Positions 9,120 through 19,592 of a stretch of DNA of 55,876 nucleotides are shown here, in pieces (position 1 is the first letter of the stretch; every line of letters begins with the position of its first letter). This stretch comes from an uncultured Mycobacterium sp. Its GTDB lineage: Bacteria > Pseudomonadota > Gammaproteobacteria > UBA4575. Below the pieces are notes generated by a model. The model worked only from the letters and a program-made list of their open reading frames with translations, was not told the origin of the DNA and ran no database searches. Where the stretch lies: assembly GCA_964196535.1 (NCBI GenBank), contig CAXMUG010000083.1, positions 1-55,876 on the forward strand, given 5' to 3'. A program made the position numbers and the translations under genes.

Positions 9120-11057
9120 TTGGCATCACGCGATTTTCTCAAGAACCCAAAGCTAGAAGAGCGCTATTTCCGTGCACGCGTTTATGTGGCCGCGTTTTTA
9201 GTTTTTTGCTGCATTTTTGTACTGGGTGCAAGGCTATTTCATTTACAGATTATCAGTAATGAGCACTACACAACCCTATCTCAAGATAATCGAGTACGTG
9301 TAGTACCCATTGCGCCATCGCGTGGGTTAATTTTTGACCGTAATTTAAAACTACTGGCTGATAACAAATCGAGTTATCAATTAGAAATTACTCCTGTTCA
9401 AGTGGACGATCTGCAACAAGTCGTCAAACAGCTTGGAGAATATATTCAATTAGAAGAGCATCATCTAAAAAAGTTTTTTGAAGATGTGAAGCGCAAGCAG
9501 TCTTTTGAATCGATTCCGTTGAAATTAAATTTAAATGAAATTGAGGTCGCTAAATTTTCGGTAAACCGTCATCGTTTCCCTGGAGTTGAGATTACTGCAC
9601 GTGCAAATCGTTTCTATCCTTTTTCTGGATTGAATACCCATGCATTGGGTTATGTGGGTCGCATTAATGCAGAAGAGGCGCAAAAGCTAGATAAGCAAAT
9701 GTACAGTGGCACTACTCATGTAGGTAAAGTGGGTGTAGAAAAGTTTTACGAAGATGTATTGCACGGTGAGGTGGGTTATCAGCATATTGAAATTAATGCA
9801 CAAGGACGGAAATTACGGGTATTAGAAAAAGTGCCCCCCACGCCAGGTGTAGATTTAATTCTATCGATAGATGCACGATTGCAAAAAATTGCACAAGATA
9901 GTCTAGGTGAGCGTAATGGTTCAGTCGTGGCAATGGATCCTGCTACTGGAGAGGTTTTGGTTTTTGTAAGCGCACCTACTTTTGATCCCAATCTTTTTGT
10001 AAATGGCATAAGTAGGAAGCAGTACTCATTATTGCGCAACGATGATGATCGTCCTTTATTTAATCGCGCACTGCGTGGTCAATATCCTCCAGGTTCTACA
10101 ATTAAACCGATGATGGCATTGGCTGGACTGCATTATGGTGCAATCTGGGCAGGCGAAACCATATATGCAGGACCGTTTTATAAGCTACCAGGACATAAGC
10201 GAAAGTATCGTGATTGGAAAAAAGGTGGTCACGGTAAAGTTGATATGTATAAAGCCATTACTCAATCTTGCGATGTGTATTTTTATACTCTAGCAACTGA
10301 ACTCGGTATAGATAAAATTTCAGAGTTTTTAGTTCAATTTAATTTAGGTTCTCGAACTGAGTTAGACACATGGGGGGAGGCAAAAGGTTTGATACCTTCT
10401 GTGCAGTGGAAGAAAGCGGTCTATGGTCTGCCTTGGTATCCAGGTGAAACAGTCATTACCGGCATTGGCCAAGGTTATATGCTAACAACTCCATTGCAAC
10501 TTGCCACAGCAACCAGTGCTCTTGCGATGCGTGGTCAAGGCATACGTCCAAGATTTTTACGTTCAACTCGCATGCAGGATCAATCAGAGGAAATTGCTAG
10601 CGCAATGGCTATGCCATATATATATGTTGAAAATGATTTGTATTGGGATCAAGTAATATCTGCCATGGTTGATGTCGCGCATAAACCTAATGGCACGGCA
10701 TTTAGAATTTTTAAAGATGCGAAATATAAAATTGCGGGCAAAACTGGCACAGCTCAAGTGTTTGGTTTAGCAGAAGATGAAGAGTATGAAGAAGAAAATA
10801 TAAGTGAAAAATTGCGTGACCATGGATTGTTTATTGCGTTTGCACCTGTTGATGATCCTAAGATAGCAATTGCGGTGATTGTAGAGAATGGAGGTGGGGG
10901 CAGTAAATCAGCAGCTCCGGTAGCAAGAATCGTAATGGATCATTATTTGTTAAGTAAAGAAGAATTGGTTGAAACCTATGGTGCTAAGGTTAGTTCAGGT
11001 AATGAATTTGGTGGTAAGCCGCCTGCATCATTAGCAAGTGCATTGGTGCACCAATAA
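9120..11057 (+). CDS. mrdA: Penicillin-binding protein 2 (elongasome transpeptidase)
   Basis: There is an N-terminal TM anchor and a PBP dimerisation domain. The transpeptidase motifs are STIK (GSTIKPMM), SCD and KTGT. A TTG start is used, and rodA follows immediately. Confidence 0.95.
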   Translation: MASRDFLKNPKLEERYFRARVYVAAFLVFCCIFVLGARLFHLQIISNEHYTTLSQDNRVRVVPIAPSRGLIFDRNLKLLADNKSSYQLEITPVQVDDLQQVVKQLGEYIQLEEHHLKKFFEDVKRKQSFESIPLKLNLNEIEVAKFSVNRHRFPGVEITARANRFYPFSGLNTHALGYVGRINAEEAQKLDKQMYSGTTHVGKVGVEKFYEDVLHGEVGYQHIEINAQGRKLRVLEKVPPTPGVDLILSIDARLQKIAQDSLGERNGSVVAMDPATGEVLVFVSAPTFDPNLFVNGISRKQYSLLRNDDDRPLFNRALRGQYPPGSTIKPMMALAGLHYGAIWAGETIYAGPFYKLPGHKRKYRDWKKGGHGKVDMYKAITQSCDVYFYTLATELGIDKISEFLVQFNLGSRTELDTWGEAKGLIPSVQWKKAVYGLPWYPGETVITGIGQGYMLTTPLQLATATSALAMRGQGIRPRFLRSTRMQDQSEEIASAMAMPYIYVENDLYWDQVISAMVDVAHKPNGTAFRIFKDAKYKIAGKTGTAQVFGLAEDEEYEEENISEKLRDHGLFIAFAPVDDPKIAIAVIVENGGGGSKSAAPVARIVMDHYLLSKEELVETYGAKVSSGNEFGGKPPASLASALVHQ

Positions 11058-11066
11058 AAATAAAAA

Positions 11067-12197
11067 ATGTCTAGTACTTATTCTATAAAAGATTCATTAG
11101 TAACTTCTCCAATTAGAGAAGAGCGAAATTTTTTAAATATCGATCCGACCTTATTTATTGCTTTATTGCTGCTTTGTAGTATCGGTTTAGCGGTTTTATA
11201 TAGTGCTACTAGTGGCGAAATAGCTGCGATCACCAGGCAGTCAATTCGCTTTGGATTAGGCCTTGCAGCGTTATTGTTCTTAGCGCAGATACCCGCAAAA
11301 GAGTTGGCGCGTTGGTCACCATGGTTATATTTGTTAGGTATAGCCTTATTGTTAGTTGTGATGGCTATTGGCTACAGCGGTAAAGGCGCGCAACGTTGGA
11401 TTGATCTAGGTATTGTGCGCTTCCAACCATCGGAACTATTGAAGATTTTCCTACCAATGATGGTGGCCTGGTATTTCAGTGAAAAATCTATGCCGCCTAC
11501 GATTATGCAGATCTTTATTGCATTACTGATGATCGCAATACCAGTAGGTTTAGTATTGATCCAACCAGATTTAGGTACTGCATTGTTGATTGCATTTGGT
11601 GGAATTTGTGTAATATTTCTTGCAGGGATCACCTGGCGGCTGCTTGCAGTTTTCGGTGGCATCGCAATAGCAGCCATGCCGGTGTTTTGGTTTTATCTGC
11701 ACGACTATCAGCGACAACGCATTCTTACCATGTTAAATCCTGAGAGCGATCCACTTGGAACTGGTTACCATATAATACAGTCTAAGATAGCGATTGGTTC
11801 AGGCGGCGTATATGGTAAAGGGTGGTTGAATGGAACCCAGTCACAACTTGATTTTATTCCAGAAAGGTCCACAGACTTTATATTTGCAGTTTTTAGTGAG
11901 GAGTTTGGTTTTCTTGGTGTTGTATTGTTGTTATGTGTTTATGGTTTTATTGTTATGCGTGGTTTGGCAATTGCGGTACGCGCACAAGATACATATTCTA
12001 GATTGTTGGCAGGGAGCCTGAGTTTGTCATTTTTTGCCTACTTTCTAGTAAATATCGGCATGGTAAGTGGATTGCTTCCAGTGGTGGGGGTGCCGTTACC
12101 ATTGATTAGCTATGGCGGTACTTCTGCCGTTACAATATTGGCTGCATTTGGAATTTTAATGTCAATACATTCGCAGCGTAAATTTTTATCTTACTAA
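11067..12197 (+). CDS. rodA: SEDS-family peptidoglycan glycosyltransferase RodA
   Basis: This is a 376-aa polytopic FtsW/RodA/SpoVE-type sequence (RWIDLGIVRFQPSELLKI, DFIFAVFSEEFGF, PLPLISYGGTS) directly downstream of mrdA. Confidence 0.95.
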   Translation: MSSTYSIKDSLVTSPIREERNFLNIDPTLFIALLLLCSIGLAVLYSATSGEIAAITRQSIRFGLGLAALLFLAQIPAKELARWSPWLYLLGIALLLVVMAIGYSGKGAQRWIDLGIVRFQPSELLKIFLPMMVAWYFSEKSMPPTIMQIFIALLMIAIPVGLVLIQPDLGTALLIAFGGICVIFLAGITWRLLAVFGGIAIAAMPVFWFYLHDYQRQRILTMLNPESDPLGTGYHIIQSKIAIGSGGVYGKGWLNGTQSQLDFIPERSTDFIFAVFSEEFGFLGVVLLLCVYGFIVMRGLAIAVRAQDTYSRLLAGSLSLSFFAYFLVNIGMVSGLLPVVGVPLPLISYGGTSAVTILAAFGILMSIHSQRKFLSY

Positions 12198-12201
12198 TTT
12201 T

Positions 12202-13203
12202 ATGTATAAGTATTTTATTTTAGCGGTTGTTTTATTTTTTTGTTGTAACACGCAAAGCTTTGCTGGAAATGATTACCTGAGCAGGGCCGAGGTAAAGCAA
12301 TTCATTGATGATTTTTCATCTAAAAATAAATATCCAAAAGAATCTTTGGTCGATCTATTTAAAAATGTCTCGACGCAAACACAAGTTCTAGAAGCCATAC
12401 AACGCCCCGCCGAAAAGAAAAAAAATTGGCAAGAATATCGCAAAATTTTTATTACCGACAAACGAATTCAACAAGGTCTTACATTTTGGAGTGAGAATGC
12501 CCCCATTCTAGCTGCAGCAGAGCGAGAGTATGGAGTGCCGCCAGAAATCGTCGTAGCCATAATAGGAGTTGAAACTTTTTATGGGCGTTATAAGGGCAAG
12601 TATCCAGTGCTTGATTCACTGGTAACTCTAGGGTTCGATTATCCACCTAGGCAGAAATTTTTTCGTAGCGAACTGGAACATTTTATTTTGTTGGCACAAG
12701 AAGAAGAGTTGGATCCTATAGCAATAAAGGGTTCTTATGCAGGCGCAATGGGTAAAAGTCAGTTTATTTCTAGCAGCTACCGACGCTATGCAGTTGATTT
12801 TGATGAAAACGGAACACGCGATCTTTGGGGCAGTAATTATGATGTAATTGGTAGTGTAGCGAATTACTTTAAGCGTCATGGTTGGAGAGCGGATGAAGTT
12901 ATAACTGTACCAGCAAAAGTTCAAGGCAAACGGTTTAAAGCACTGCTAGAAAAAGGACTTAAACCGGTTGCATCCGTTTCTGAGTTGCCTCAATATGATG
13001 TAACTTCTGCATATAATACAGATGAAAAACAAGCCGTTGCGCTACTTGAGTTTAAAAATGATAACTCAGAAGAGTATTGGCTAGGATTTAATAATTTTTA
13101 CGTCATTACCCGCTATAATCATAGTCATATGTATGCCATGGCAGTTTATCAATTGAGCCAGCAAATCAAAAAAGACATTAAAGATTACGTTGTTCAAAAT
13201 TAA
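12202..13203 (+). CDS. mltB: Lytic murein transglycosylase B
   Basis: The ORF has a signal peptide and MltB/Slt35-type stretches (IIGVETFYGR, GAMGKSQFISSSYRRYAVDFDENG). Its position between rodA and rlpA is conserved. Confidence 0.9.
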   Translation: MYKYFILAVVLFFCCNTQSFAGNDYLSRAEVKQFIDDFSSKNKYPKESLVDLFKNVSTQTQVLEAIQRPAEKKKNWQEYRKIFITDKRIQQGLTFWSENAPILAAAEREYGVPPEIVVAIIGVETFYGRYKGKYPVLDSLVTLGFDYPPRQKFFRSELEHFILLAQEEELDPIAIKGSYAGAMGKSQFISSSYRRYAVDFDENGTRDLWGSNYDVIGSVANYFKRHGWRADEVITVPAKVQGKRFKALLEKGLKPVASVSELPQYDVTSAYNTDEKQAVALLEFKNDNSEEYWLGFNNFYVITRYNHSHMYAMAVYQLSQQIKKDIKDYVVQN

Positions 13204-14095
13204 TTCTATACAGCATAGCCATCATCTAGCTTTATGGGTTTTTGGTTTGTTTATTCTTAGTGCATGTTCTTCTATGCGCCCGTCTGATTCAGATGGGCCG
13301 CCACCGGTTGTGGATCGTCCTAAGCCTCAGTTACCAGCTGATCGAGTGGCAAGAGTAGAGCCGCTTAGTAAGTATGGAAATCCCAGTTCATATGTTGTGT
13401 TTGGTAAAACGTACCATACCTTGCCAACTAGTCAGGGTTTTGTGCAGCGGGGTATCGCTTCATGGTATGGCAAAAAATTTCATGGCAAACGTACATCCAG
13501 TGGAGAGACTTACGATATGTACGGCATGACGGCTGCACATACACAATTACCATTACCGACATACGTGCAAGTCACCAATTTAAAAAATGGTAAACAGGTT
13601 GTGCTACGTGTAAATGACCGTGGGCCATTCCATGGCAATAGAGTTATTGATTTGTCGTATACGGCAGCAACTAAGCTAGATATCGTTAGGGAAGGAACGG
13701 GATTAGTAGAAGTGCGTGCACTCGATCCGCGTAACTATCGATTGGCTCAAAACCAAGCTGTTAGTGTCAGTGGCGATACTGACATAAAAGCGGAGTCTGC
13801 CGTGGTTGCAGAACCATCATCCGAGTTCGTTACAGAAGCTGCAACTATTTCTAATCAAGACCTGCAAATTTTTGTGCAAGTGGGTGTTTTTGGTGAGCTT
13901 AAAAATGCAAGTCAGTTAAAAAGTCAGCTTAGTGAGCTTAACTTGGGCGCAGTAACAATTTCTTCGATTGTGAAAGACGCTAAGCAGTTGCACAGAGTTC
14001 GTATAGGTCCATTAGCGACAGTGAAATCTGCAGATGATACGGTTGCAGAGTTAAATACAATGGGTATGAGCGATCACCGTGTAGTGGTTGAATAA
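13190..14095 (+). CDS. rlpA: Septal-ring lytic transglycosylase RlpA (lipoprotein with C-terminal SPOR domain)
   Basis: The ORF has a lipobox (LSAC) and a DPBB domain (ASWYGKKFHGKRTSSGETYDMYGMTAAH...LRVNDRGPF). A SPOR-like C-terminus is present (IFVQVGVFGELKNASQLKSQL...HRVRIGPL). It uses a TTG start that overlaps the end of mltB. Confidence 0.9.
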   Translation: MFKINSIQHSHHLALWVFGLFILSACSSMRPSDSDGPPPVVDRPKPQLPADRVARVEPLSKYGNPSSYVVFGKTYHTLPTSQGFVQRGIASWYGKKFHGKRTSSGETYDMYGMTAAHTQLPLPTYVQVTNLKNGKQVVLRVNDRGPFHGNRVIDLSYTAATKLDIVREGTGLVEVRALDPRNYRLAQNQAVSVSGDTDIKAESAVVAEPSSEFVTEAATISNQDLQIFVQVGVFGELKNASQLKSQLSELNLGAVTISSIVKDAKQLHRVRIGPLATVKSADDTVAELNTMGMSDHRVVVE

Positions 14096-14114
14096 TTGAT
14101 TAAGGAGCGGGTTT

Positions 14115-15281
14115 GTGGAGATATTGGTGAAATATAGAAGCAATAGTTTAAGGCTAGTAACTTTTCTAGCCCTATTGCTAATTACAAGCTTTTTAATGAG
14201 CGCTGAACCAATGCCGGTGCCCGCGCCACCCACATTCGAGGCTAGTAGCTATGTGTTGATGGACTTCGCTAGTGGCGCAGTATTAGCTGACTACAATTCA
14301 AATGAACGTGTTGATCCGGCGAGTATTACAAAGATTATGACTGCCTACATAGTGTATAAATCACTACAAGCAGGGGATATTAAACTAGATGATCAAGTAG
14401 AAATTAGTGAATATGCTTGGCGCAGCATCGGTTCAAGAATGTTTGTTGAGGTCGGCAATAAAATCATCCTAGATGACTTGCTGTTAGGGCTTATCATTCA
14501 GTCAGGTAATGATGCAAGTATTGCGCTAGCCGAGCATGTCGCGGGTACAGAGCAAGCGTTTGCTGATGTAATGAATGCACAAGCAAAACGAATCGGAATG
14601 AAAGACACTAACTTTACTAACGCAACTGGATTGCCTGAGACGGATCATTACACCACTGCGTACGACATTGCATTGTTGTCGCGCACCATGATCAGTGAAT
14701 TCCCAGAAGAATATAAGCGCTATGCACAAAAAGAATACACTTTTAATGGCATTAAACAGTTTAACCGCAATCGTTTGCTTTGGCGTGATAGTGCGGTAGA
14801 TGGTATTAAAACAGGCCATACCGAAGCAGCTGGTTATTGTCTTGCAGCTTCGGCTGTGAAAAATGATATGCGCTTAATTTCTGCAGTAATGGGAACGAAT
14901 AGCGACAAGGCGCGTACGGTGAATAGTCAAGCGTTGTTGAACTATGGTTTTAGGTATTATGAGTCACATAATTTATATAAAGCTGGAGAAGTTTTAGCTC
15001 AACAGCGGATGTGGAAAGGTGAATCAAAGTCTATTCAGCTTGGTTTGGATAATGACTTGTTTGTGACGATCCCTAGAGGGCGATACGAAGATTTGAAAGC
15101 CGATATGAATATTGATGCTGAGATCATTGCGCCAATTGAGCAAGGTGATCAAGTTGGAGTGGTTAAAGTCACACTCAAAGGTGAAGATTATCTAGAGCAA
15201 GCACTAGTTGCGTTGCAATCTAACCCGGAAGGTGGGTTGTGGCGACGCATTGTGGATTTCTTCGTGAAATTATTCTTCTAG
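14115..15281 (+). CDS. dacA: D-alanyl-D-alanine carboxypeptidase (PBP5/6 class)
   Basis: The ORF has a signal peptide plus the three active-site motifs SxxK (ASITKIM), SxN (QSGNDAS) and KTG (IKTGHT). Confidence 0.9.
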   Translation: MEILVKYRSNSLRLVTFLALLLITSFLMSAEPMPVPAPPTFEASSYVLMDFASGAVLADYNSNERVDPASITKIMTAYIVYKSLQAGDIKLDDQVEISEYAWRSIGSRMFVEVGNKIILDDLLLGLIIQSGNDASIALAEHVAGTEQAFADVMNAQAKRIGMKDTNFTNATGLPETDHYTTAYDIALLSRTMISEFPEEYKRYAQKEYTFNGIKQFNRNRLLWRDSAVDGIKTGHTEAAGYCLAASAVKNDMRLISAVMGTNSDKARTVNSQALLNYGFRYYESHNLYKAGEVLAQQRMWKGESKSIQLGLDNDLFVTIPRGRYEDLKADMNIDAEIIAPIEQGDQVGVVKVTLKGEDYLEQALVALQSNPEGGLWRRIVDFFVKLFF

Positions 15282-15293
15282 GTCATACGTTCT

Positions 15294-16136
15294 GTGGCTT
15301 CTGTTCCTGCATTTTTAAATGGCGAATATCTGCCGTTAGAGGATTGTCGTGTTTCCGTATTAGATCGCGGCTTTCTGTTTGGCGATGGTATCTATGAGCT
15401 AATCACGGTCTATCAAAATAAGGCTTTTTATTTATCCCAACACATGGATCGCTTTAAACGCAGCATGGCGGAGATAAAAGTGGTTAGTCCATATAGTGAG
15501 TCTGAATGGAAAACACTGATTGATAACTTGATTCAACAATCAGATCATGATGATCTCGCCATATATATTCAAGTTACTAGAGGAGTTGCGCCACGAGATC
15601 ATGTATTCCCAGATGCTACGCAAGCTACAGTGTTTGCTATGGTAAATCCACTTCCAAAAGTGCCAAGCGAATACATAGAGAATGGTGTTGAGCTTATAAC
15701 TACTAATGATACTCGCTGGCAGCGTTGTGATATTAAGGGAATTAGTTTGTTGGCAAACATTCTTGCTAAACAAGAAGCTGCAGAGGCTGATGCCATTGAA
15801 GCAATAATGATTCGCGATGATTATGCGTTGGAAGGTTCTGCAAGCAACTTATTTTTAGTGCGTGACGGAATTGTTTATACGCATCCAAAAGACAATTTAA
15901 TTTTGCCAGGTATAACAAGAGATTTTGTTTTAGAGTTATTGGAAGAGCTTGGCATTGAATGCAAACAACAACACATACCAAAAGATTGGTTATATTCCTC
16001 AGATGAGCTTTGGATTACAAGTTCTACAAAAGAAGTGTTGGCGGCGACGAAAATGGATCAAAGAATAATTGCTGACGGTAAGCCAGGAAAAATTTGGCGA
16101 GAAACATATAATTTTTACCAACAACGCAAGATGTAA
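15294..16136 (+). CDS. dat: Class IV aminotransferase, D-amino-acid aminotransferase-like
   Basis: The 280-aa ORF has the fold-type IV pattern (VSVLDRGFLFGDGIYE...ITRD...). It sits between dacA and ybeD. Its substrate cannot be assigned from sequence alone. Confidence 0.75.
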   Translation: MASVPAFLNGEYLPLEDCRVSVLDRGFLFGDGIYELITVYQNKAFYLSQHMDRFKRSMAEIKVVSPYSESEWKTLIDNLIQQSDHDDLAIYIQVTRGVAPRDHVFPDATQATVFAMVNPLPKVPSEYIENGVELITTNDTRWQRCDIKGISLLANILAKQEAAEADAIEAIMIRDDYALEGSASNLFLVRDGIVYTHPKDNLILPGITRDFVLELLEELGIECKQQHIPKDWLYSSDELWITSSTKEVLAATKMDQRIIADGKPGKIWRETYNFYQQRKM

Positions 16137-16162
16137 ATATTCTCAAGAGCTCAAATTTATTT

Positions 16163-16429
16163 ATGTCAGACGAAGAATCGTTATTAGTTTTCCCATGTGA
16201 ATTCCCAATTAAAATAATGGGGAAGAATCATCATGGCTTTCATCAAGCGGTAATCGAAATACTAAAGAAACATCTTGATGATTTTGAAGATACCAAGATT
16301 AATGAGGTGGAAAGTAAGCAAAAAATATATTGCAGCATAACGGCAGTAGTGAATACGATAAGCCAAGAACATTTGGATGGGATTTATGTGGACTTAACTG
16401 CTAGTGAATGGGTCATAATGGCGCTCTAA
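16163..16429 (+). CDS. ybeD: YbeD-family protein (DUF493)
   Basis: The 88-aa ORF contains FPCEFPIKIMG and holds the conserved position just upstream of lipB. Confidence 0.85.
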   Translation: MSDEESLLVFPCEFPIKIMGKNHHGFHQAVIEILKKHLDDFEDTKINEVESKQKIYCSITAVVNTISQEHLDGIYVDLTASEWVIMAL

Positions 16430-16493
16430 TTAAATGCCTATTTATCCTTTCTAGATTAGATTTACATGGCAGTTAAAAAAATGATCTTAAGCG

Positions 16494-17135
16494 ATGTGTG
16501 AGTTACATATACGCAATCTAGGTTTACAAGAATACAGTTCTGTATTCAATAGAATGCGTGAATTCACTACGCAACGAACTTCAGCTGATGCGGATGAAAT
16601 ATGGTGTGTGCAGCATCCCGCTGTAATTACTTTAGGTGCAAACGCAGATCAGCAACATATTCTTAGTCATACAGATATACCAATCGTGCAATCAGATCGC
16701 GGTGGACAAGTGACCTACCATGGCCCTGGGCAAGAAATTATTTATTTACTGATTAATTTAAAGCGCAAATCACTGGGTGTGAAACGCTTAGTTCAGCATA
16801 TTGAGCAGGCAGTAGTGGATTTGTTAAATGACTATAAAATTGATTCTCAGGCACGTGCTGAAGCGCATGGCGTATATGTGAATGAAGCGAAAATTGCATC
16901 ACTTGGTTTGCGAGTGCATAGTGGCTGCAGTTATCACGGAGTTGCATTGAATGTTGATATGGACCTGAGCCCGTTTTCGTTGATCAATCCCTGTGGGTTT
17001 CCTGGTTTAGCGGTTACTCAACTTAAAGATTATGGGGTAACTGAAGATATACGTACAGTTTCGGAAAAATTGACACTCAAACTATGTAAACATTTAGAAT
17101 ATAAAGCTAACAAGATAAATATTCATGACATCTAA
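16494..17135 (+). CDS. lipB: Octanoyltransferase LipB
   Basis: The ORF contains the [14 protein letters not shown] motif and a catalytic Cys region (LINPCGF). It overlaps the start of lipA. Confidence 0.95.
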   Translation: MCELHIRNLGLQEYSSVFNRMREFTTQRTSADADEIWCVQHPAVITLGANADQQHILSHTDIPIVQSDRGGQVTYHGPGQEIIYLLINLKRKSLGVKRLVQHIEQAVVDLLNDYKIDSQARAEAHGVYVNEAKIASLGLRVHSGCSYHGVALNVDMDLSPFSLINPCGFPGLAVTQLKDYGVTEDIRTVSEKLTLKLCKHLEYKANKINIHDI

Positions 17136-18123
17136 AAATTCAAAAACATCACAACCTAAGTCACATGTGGCTAAGCTTGGTGTTAAACAAAGAGGTCATG
17201 AAAAAGTTACTAAGATCCCTATTTCATTTAAATCACTAGATGAAATCACTCGGGAACGCATACCTAAACCTAAATGGCTGCGCGTTAAAGCCCCTACTAC
17301 TGCTAAAGTACGAGAGTTGAAGAGCTTATTACGTGAGCAGAAATTACACACAGTATGTGAAGAAGCATCTTGTCCAAATTTAACCGAGTGCTTCAGTGGT
17401 GGTACGGCTACCTTTATGATTATGGGTGATGTGTGTACAAGACGTTGTTCGTTTTGCGATGTTGCGCATGGTAGACCTTTACCATTGGATGTAAATGAAC
17501 CAGCAAAGTTAGCAGAAACCGTATTGAAACTAGGCTTGCGCTATGTTGTGGTTACATCTGTTGATCGTGATGATTTAAAAGATGGCGGCGCTAGTCATTT
17601 TGTTGACTGTATTCAACATATTCGTCAACAAAGTAGTGAAGTAAAGATCGAGATTCTTGTGCCAGATTTTCGAGGTAGGGTGGATAAGGCTCTTGATATC
17701 CTCAGCCAAGTGCCTGCAGATGTATTCAATCATAATTTAGAAACCGTACCGCGAATGTATCCAGCGGCACGTCCGGGTGCAGACTATCAACATTCTTTGC
17801 AGCTATTGCAGAAGCACAAGCAGCAGATAAAACGCGTGCCGACTAAGTCTGGATTGATGTTGGGTTTGGGAGAGGAAATTAATGAAGTTGTTGAGGTGAT
17901 GAAAGATTTGCGTGCGCATAATGTTGATATGCTAACCTTGGGCCAATATTTGCAGCCTAGCGCCCACCATCTGGCAGTACATCGTTACCTAGACCCTAAA
18001 GAGTTTGAGGCCTTGAAAAATATAGGCAAAGAACTGGGTTTTGAGCATGTGGCCAGTGGTCCATTGGTGCGATCTTCTTATCATGCAGACCTTCAAGCAA
18101 AGCAAGCATTGAGTTATTCTTAA
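17125..18123 (+). CDS. lipA: Lipoyl synthase (radical SAM)
   Basis: The radical-SAM cluster motif CTRRCSFC is present, along with the N-terminal auxiliary-cluster cysteines ([12 protein letters not shown]). Confidence 0.97.
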   Translation: MTSKNSKTSQPKSHVAKLGVKQRGHEKVTKIPISFKSLDEITRERIPKPKWLRVKAPTTAKVRELKSLLREQKLHTVCEEASCPNLTECFSGGTATFMIMGDVCTRRCSFCDVAHGRPLPLDVNEPAKLAETVLKLGLRYVVVTSVDRDDLKDGGASHFVDCIQHIRQQSSEVKIEILVPDFRGRVDKALDILSQVPADVFNHNLETVPRMYPAARPGADYQHSLQLLQKHKQQIKRVPTKSGLMLGLGEEINEVVEVMKDLRAHNVDMLTLGQYLQPSAHHLAVHRYLDPKEFEALKNIGKELGFEHVASGPLVRSSYHADLQAKQALSYS

Positions 18124-18126
18124 GGC

Positions 18127-18891
18127 ATGAATTCAGAATTATTACGCATAATATGCGACGTTTTGCTTCCTCCATCCGGGTTTATAGTCTTATTGGCAAT
18201 TGGCCTATTTTTCTGGCTGATACGTCTGCGTAAAACCGCTGCTTTTAGCATTTTGTTAGCTTCAGTACTGTTGTATTTTGCCAGCACCCCATTTATGGCG
18301 CGCAATTTGTTGGATCCATTACAGTATCAATATGATGTTCTAAAAAAAGTGCCAGAAGATACGCAAGCTATTGTGGTTCTAGCAGCAGGGCGTATTCCTA
18401 TAGCGCGCGAATATACAAATCTTGATACTGTAGATGCGGCTACATTAGAGCGCTTGCGCTATGCATCAAGGCTTTCAAAAGTACATCAGCTCCCCATTAT
18501 TATTTCTGGCGGCAGTGTGAATGATGAGCGTGACTCTTCGGCCAAGTTAATGAAAAAGGTTCTTGAAACAGATTTTGGCGTAGAAGCCAAGTGGTTGGAA
18601 GAAAAAAGTAAAACTACTTTCGAGAATGCAATGTTTACTAAGAAAATACTAAATGAAAATTCTATTAGTAAGATTTTATTAGTTTCTCATGCTTATCACA
18701 TGCCTAGGGCAATGTGGTGTTTTGAAGATGTGGGGCTAAATCCAATCCCTGCGCCGACTGTATTTTATAAACGTAGTGCTTCTACTTCAGAACTGAAGGA
18801 ATATATTCCGGATGCTAGTGCACTAAAACAAACAAGCAACGCTTTGCATGAGTATGTGGGTACATTTTGGTATAAATATGTCGGTTATTAG
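18127..18891 (+). CDS. DUF218 / YdcF (ElyC-like) family envelope protein
   Basis: The ORF has two N-terminal TM segments followed by a DUF218-type core (IVVLAAG...IIISGG...TTFENA...LLVSHAYHMPRA). Confidence 0.75.
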   Translation: MNSELLRIICDVLLPPSGFIVLLAIGLFFWLIRLRKTAAFSILLASVLLYFASTPFMARNLLDPLQYQYDVLKKVPEDTQAIVVLAAGRIPIAREYTNLDTVDAATLERLRYASRLSKVHQLPIIISGGSVNDERDSSAKLMKKVLETDFGVEAKWLEEKSKTTFENAMFTKKILNENSISKILLVSHAYHMPRAMWCFEDVGLNPIPAPTVFYKRSASTSELKEYIPDASALKQTSNALHEYVGTFWYKYVGY

Positions 18892-18916
18892 TGATTAAAA
18901 TTTAATTTTTTAATCG

Positions 18917-19585
18917 CTATTTAGTGTTTGATACATAGGTTTCAGTTTCCATCAATCGTTCTTGTGTTCCGATATCAAACCACTTACCGGTAAAATATTC
19001 TGCACTCACAAGTTCTTGGTTAATTGCATCTCTTAGAAGTGGCGCCAAAGCGCGTTTTTCATCTGCATAGTCTTTAAACAAATTAGGGTCGTATATACCA
19101 ATACCGCTAAAGGTCAGGCGGTTACTTCCTGTGTTATATACACTCCCAAATTCATAAGCGAAATCGCCATCAAGGTTGTGTGCTGGGTTATCTACAAGCA
19201 CTATGTGAGCATGCTTGCTGTGAGTTAGGTTTGCAAATGACAGCGAGTGATTACACCAAATATCTGCATTGAGCACTAAAAAAGGTTTATCGCCTAATAA
19301 TGGTAAGGCACGAATAATTCCTCCAGCAGTTTCCAGGGGTTTTGCGCCTTCATGAGAATATTTAATCGTCAAGTCAAATCGAGAACCGTCACCAAGGTGC
19401 TTTTCTATCATTTCGCCTAGATGTGAAAGATTGATTACGACTTCTTTGAAACCAGCAGATTTTAAGTTTTCTAAATGATATTCAATAAGTGGTTTCCCTG
19501 CGACTTCTATTAAAGGTTTGGGGATTTTATCTGTAATAGGGCGGAGGCGTTTGCCTAAACCAGCTGCGAGTAACATGCATTTCAT
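18917..19585 (-). CDS. murU: Nucleotidyltransferase, N-acetylmuramate alpha-1-phosphate uridylyltransferase-like
   Basis: The 222-aa ORF has the sugar-nucleotidyltransferase N-terminus (LLAAGLGKRLRPITDKIPKPL). It lies immediately downstream of an AmgK-like kinase, the pairing known from Pseudomonas. Confidence 0.8.
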   Translation of the reverse strand: MKCMLLAAGLGKRLRPITDKIPKPLIEVAGKPLIEYHLENLKSAGFKEVVINLSHLGEMIEKHLGDGSRFDLTIKYSHEGAKPLETAGGIIRALPLLGDKPFLVLNADIWCNHSLSFANLTHSKHAHIVLVDNPAHNLDGDFAYEFGSVYNTGSNRLTFSGIGIYDPNLFKDYADEKRALAPLLRDAINQELVSAEYFTGKWFDIGTQERLMETETYVSNTK

Positions 19586-19592
19586 AACAATA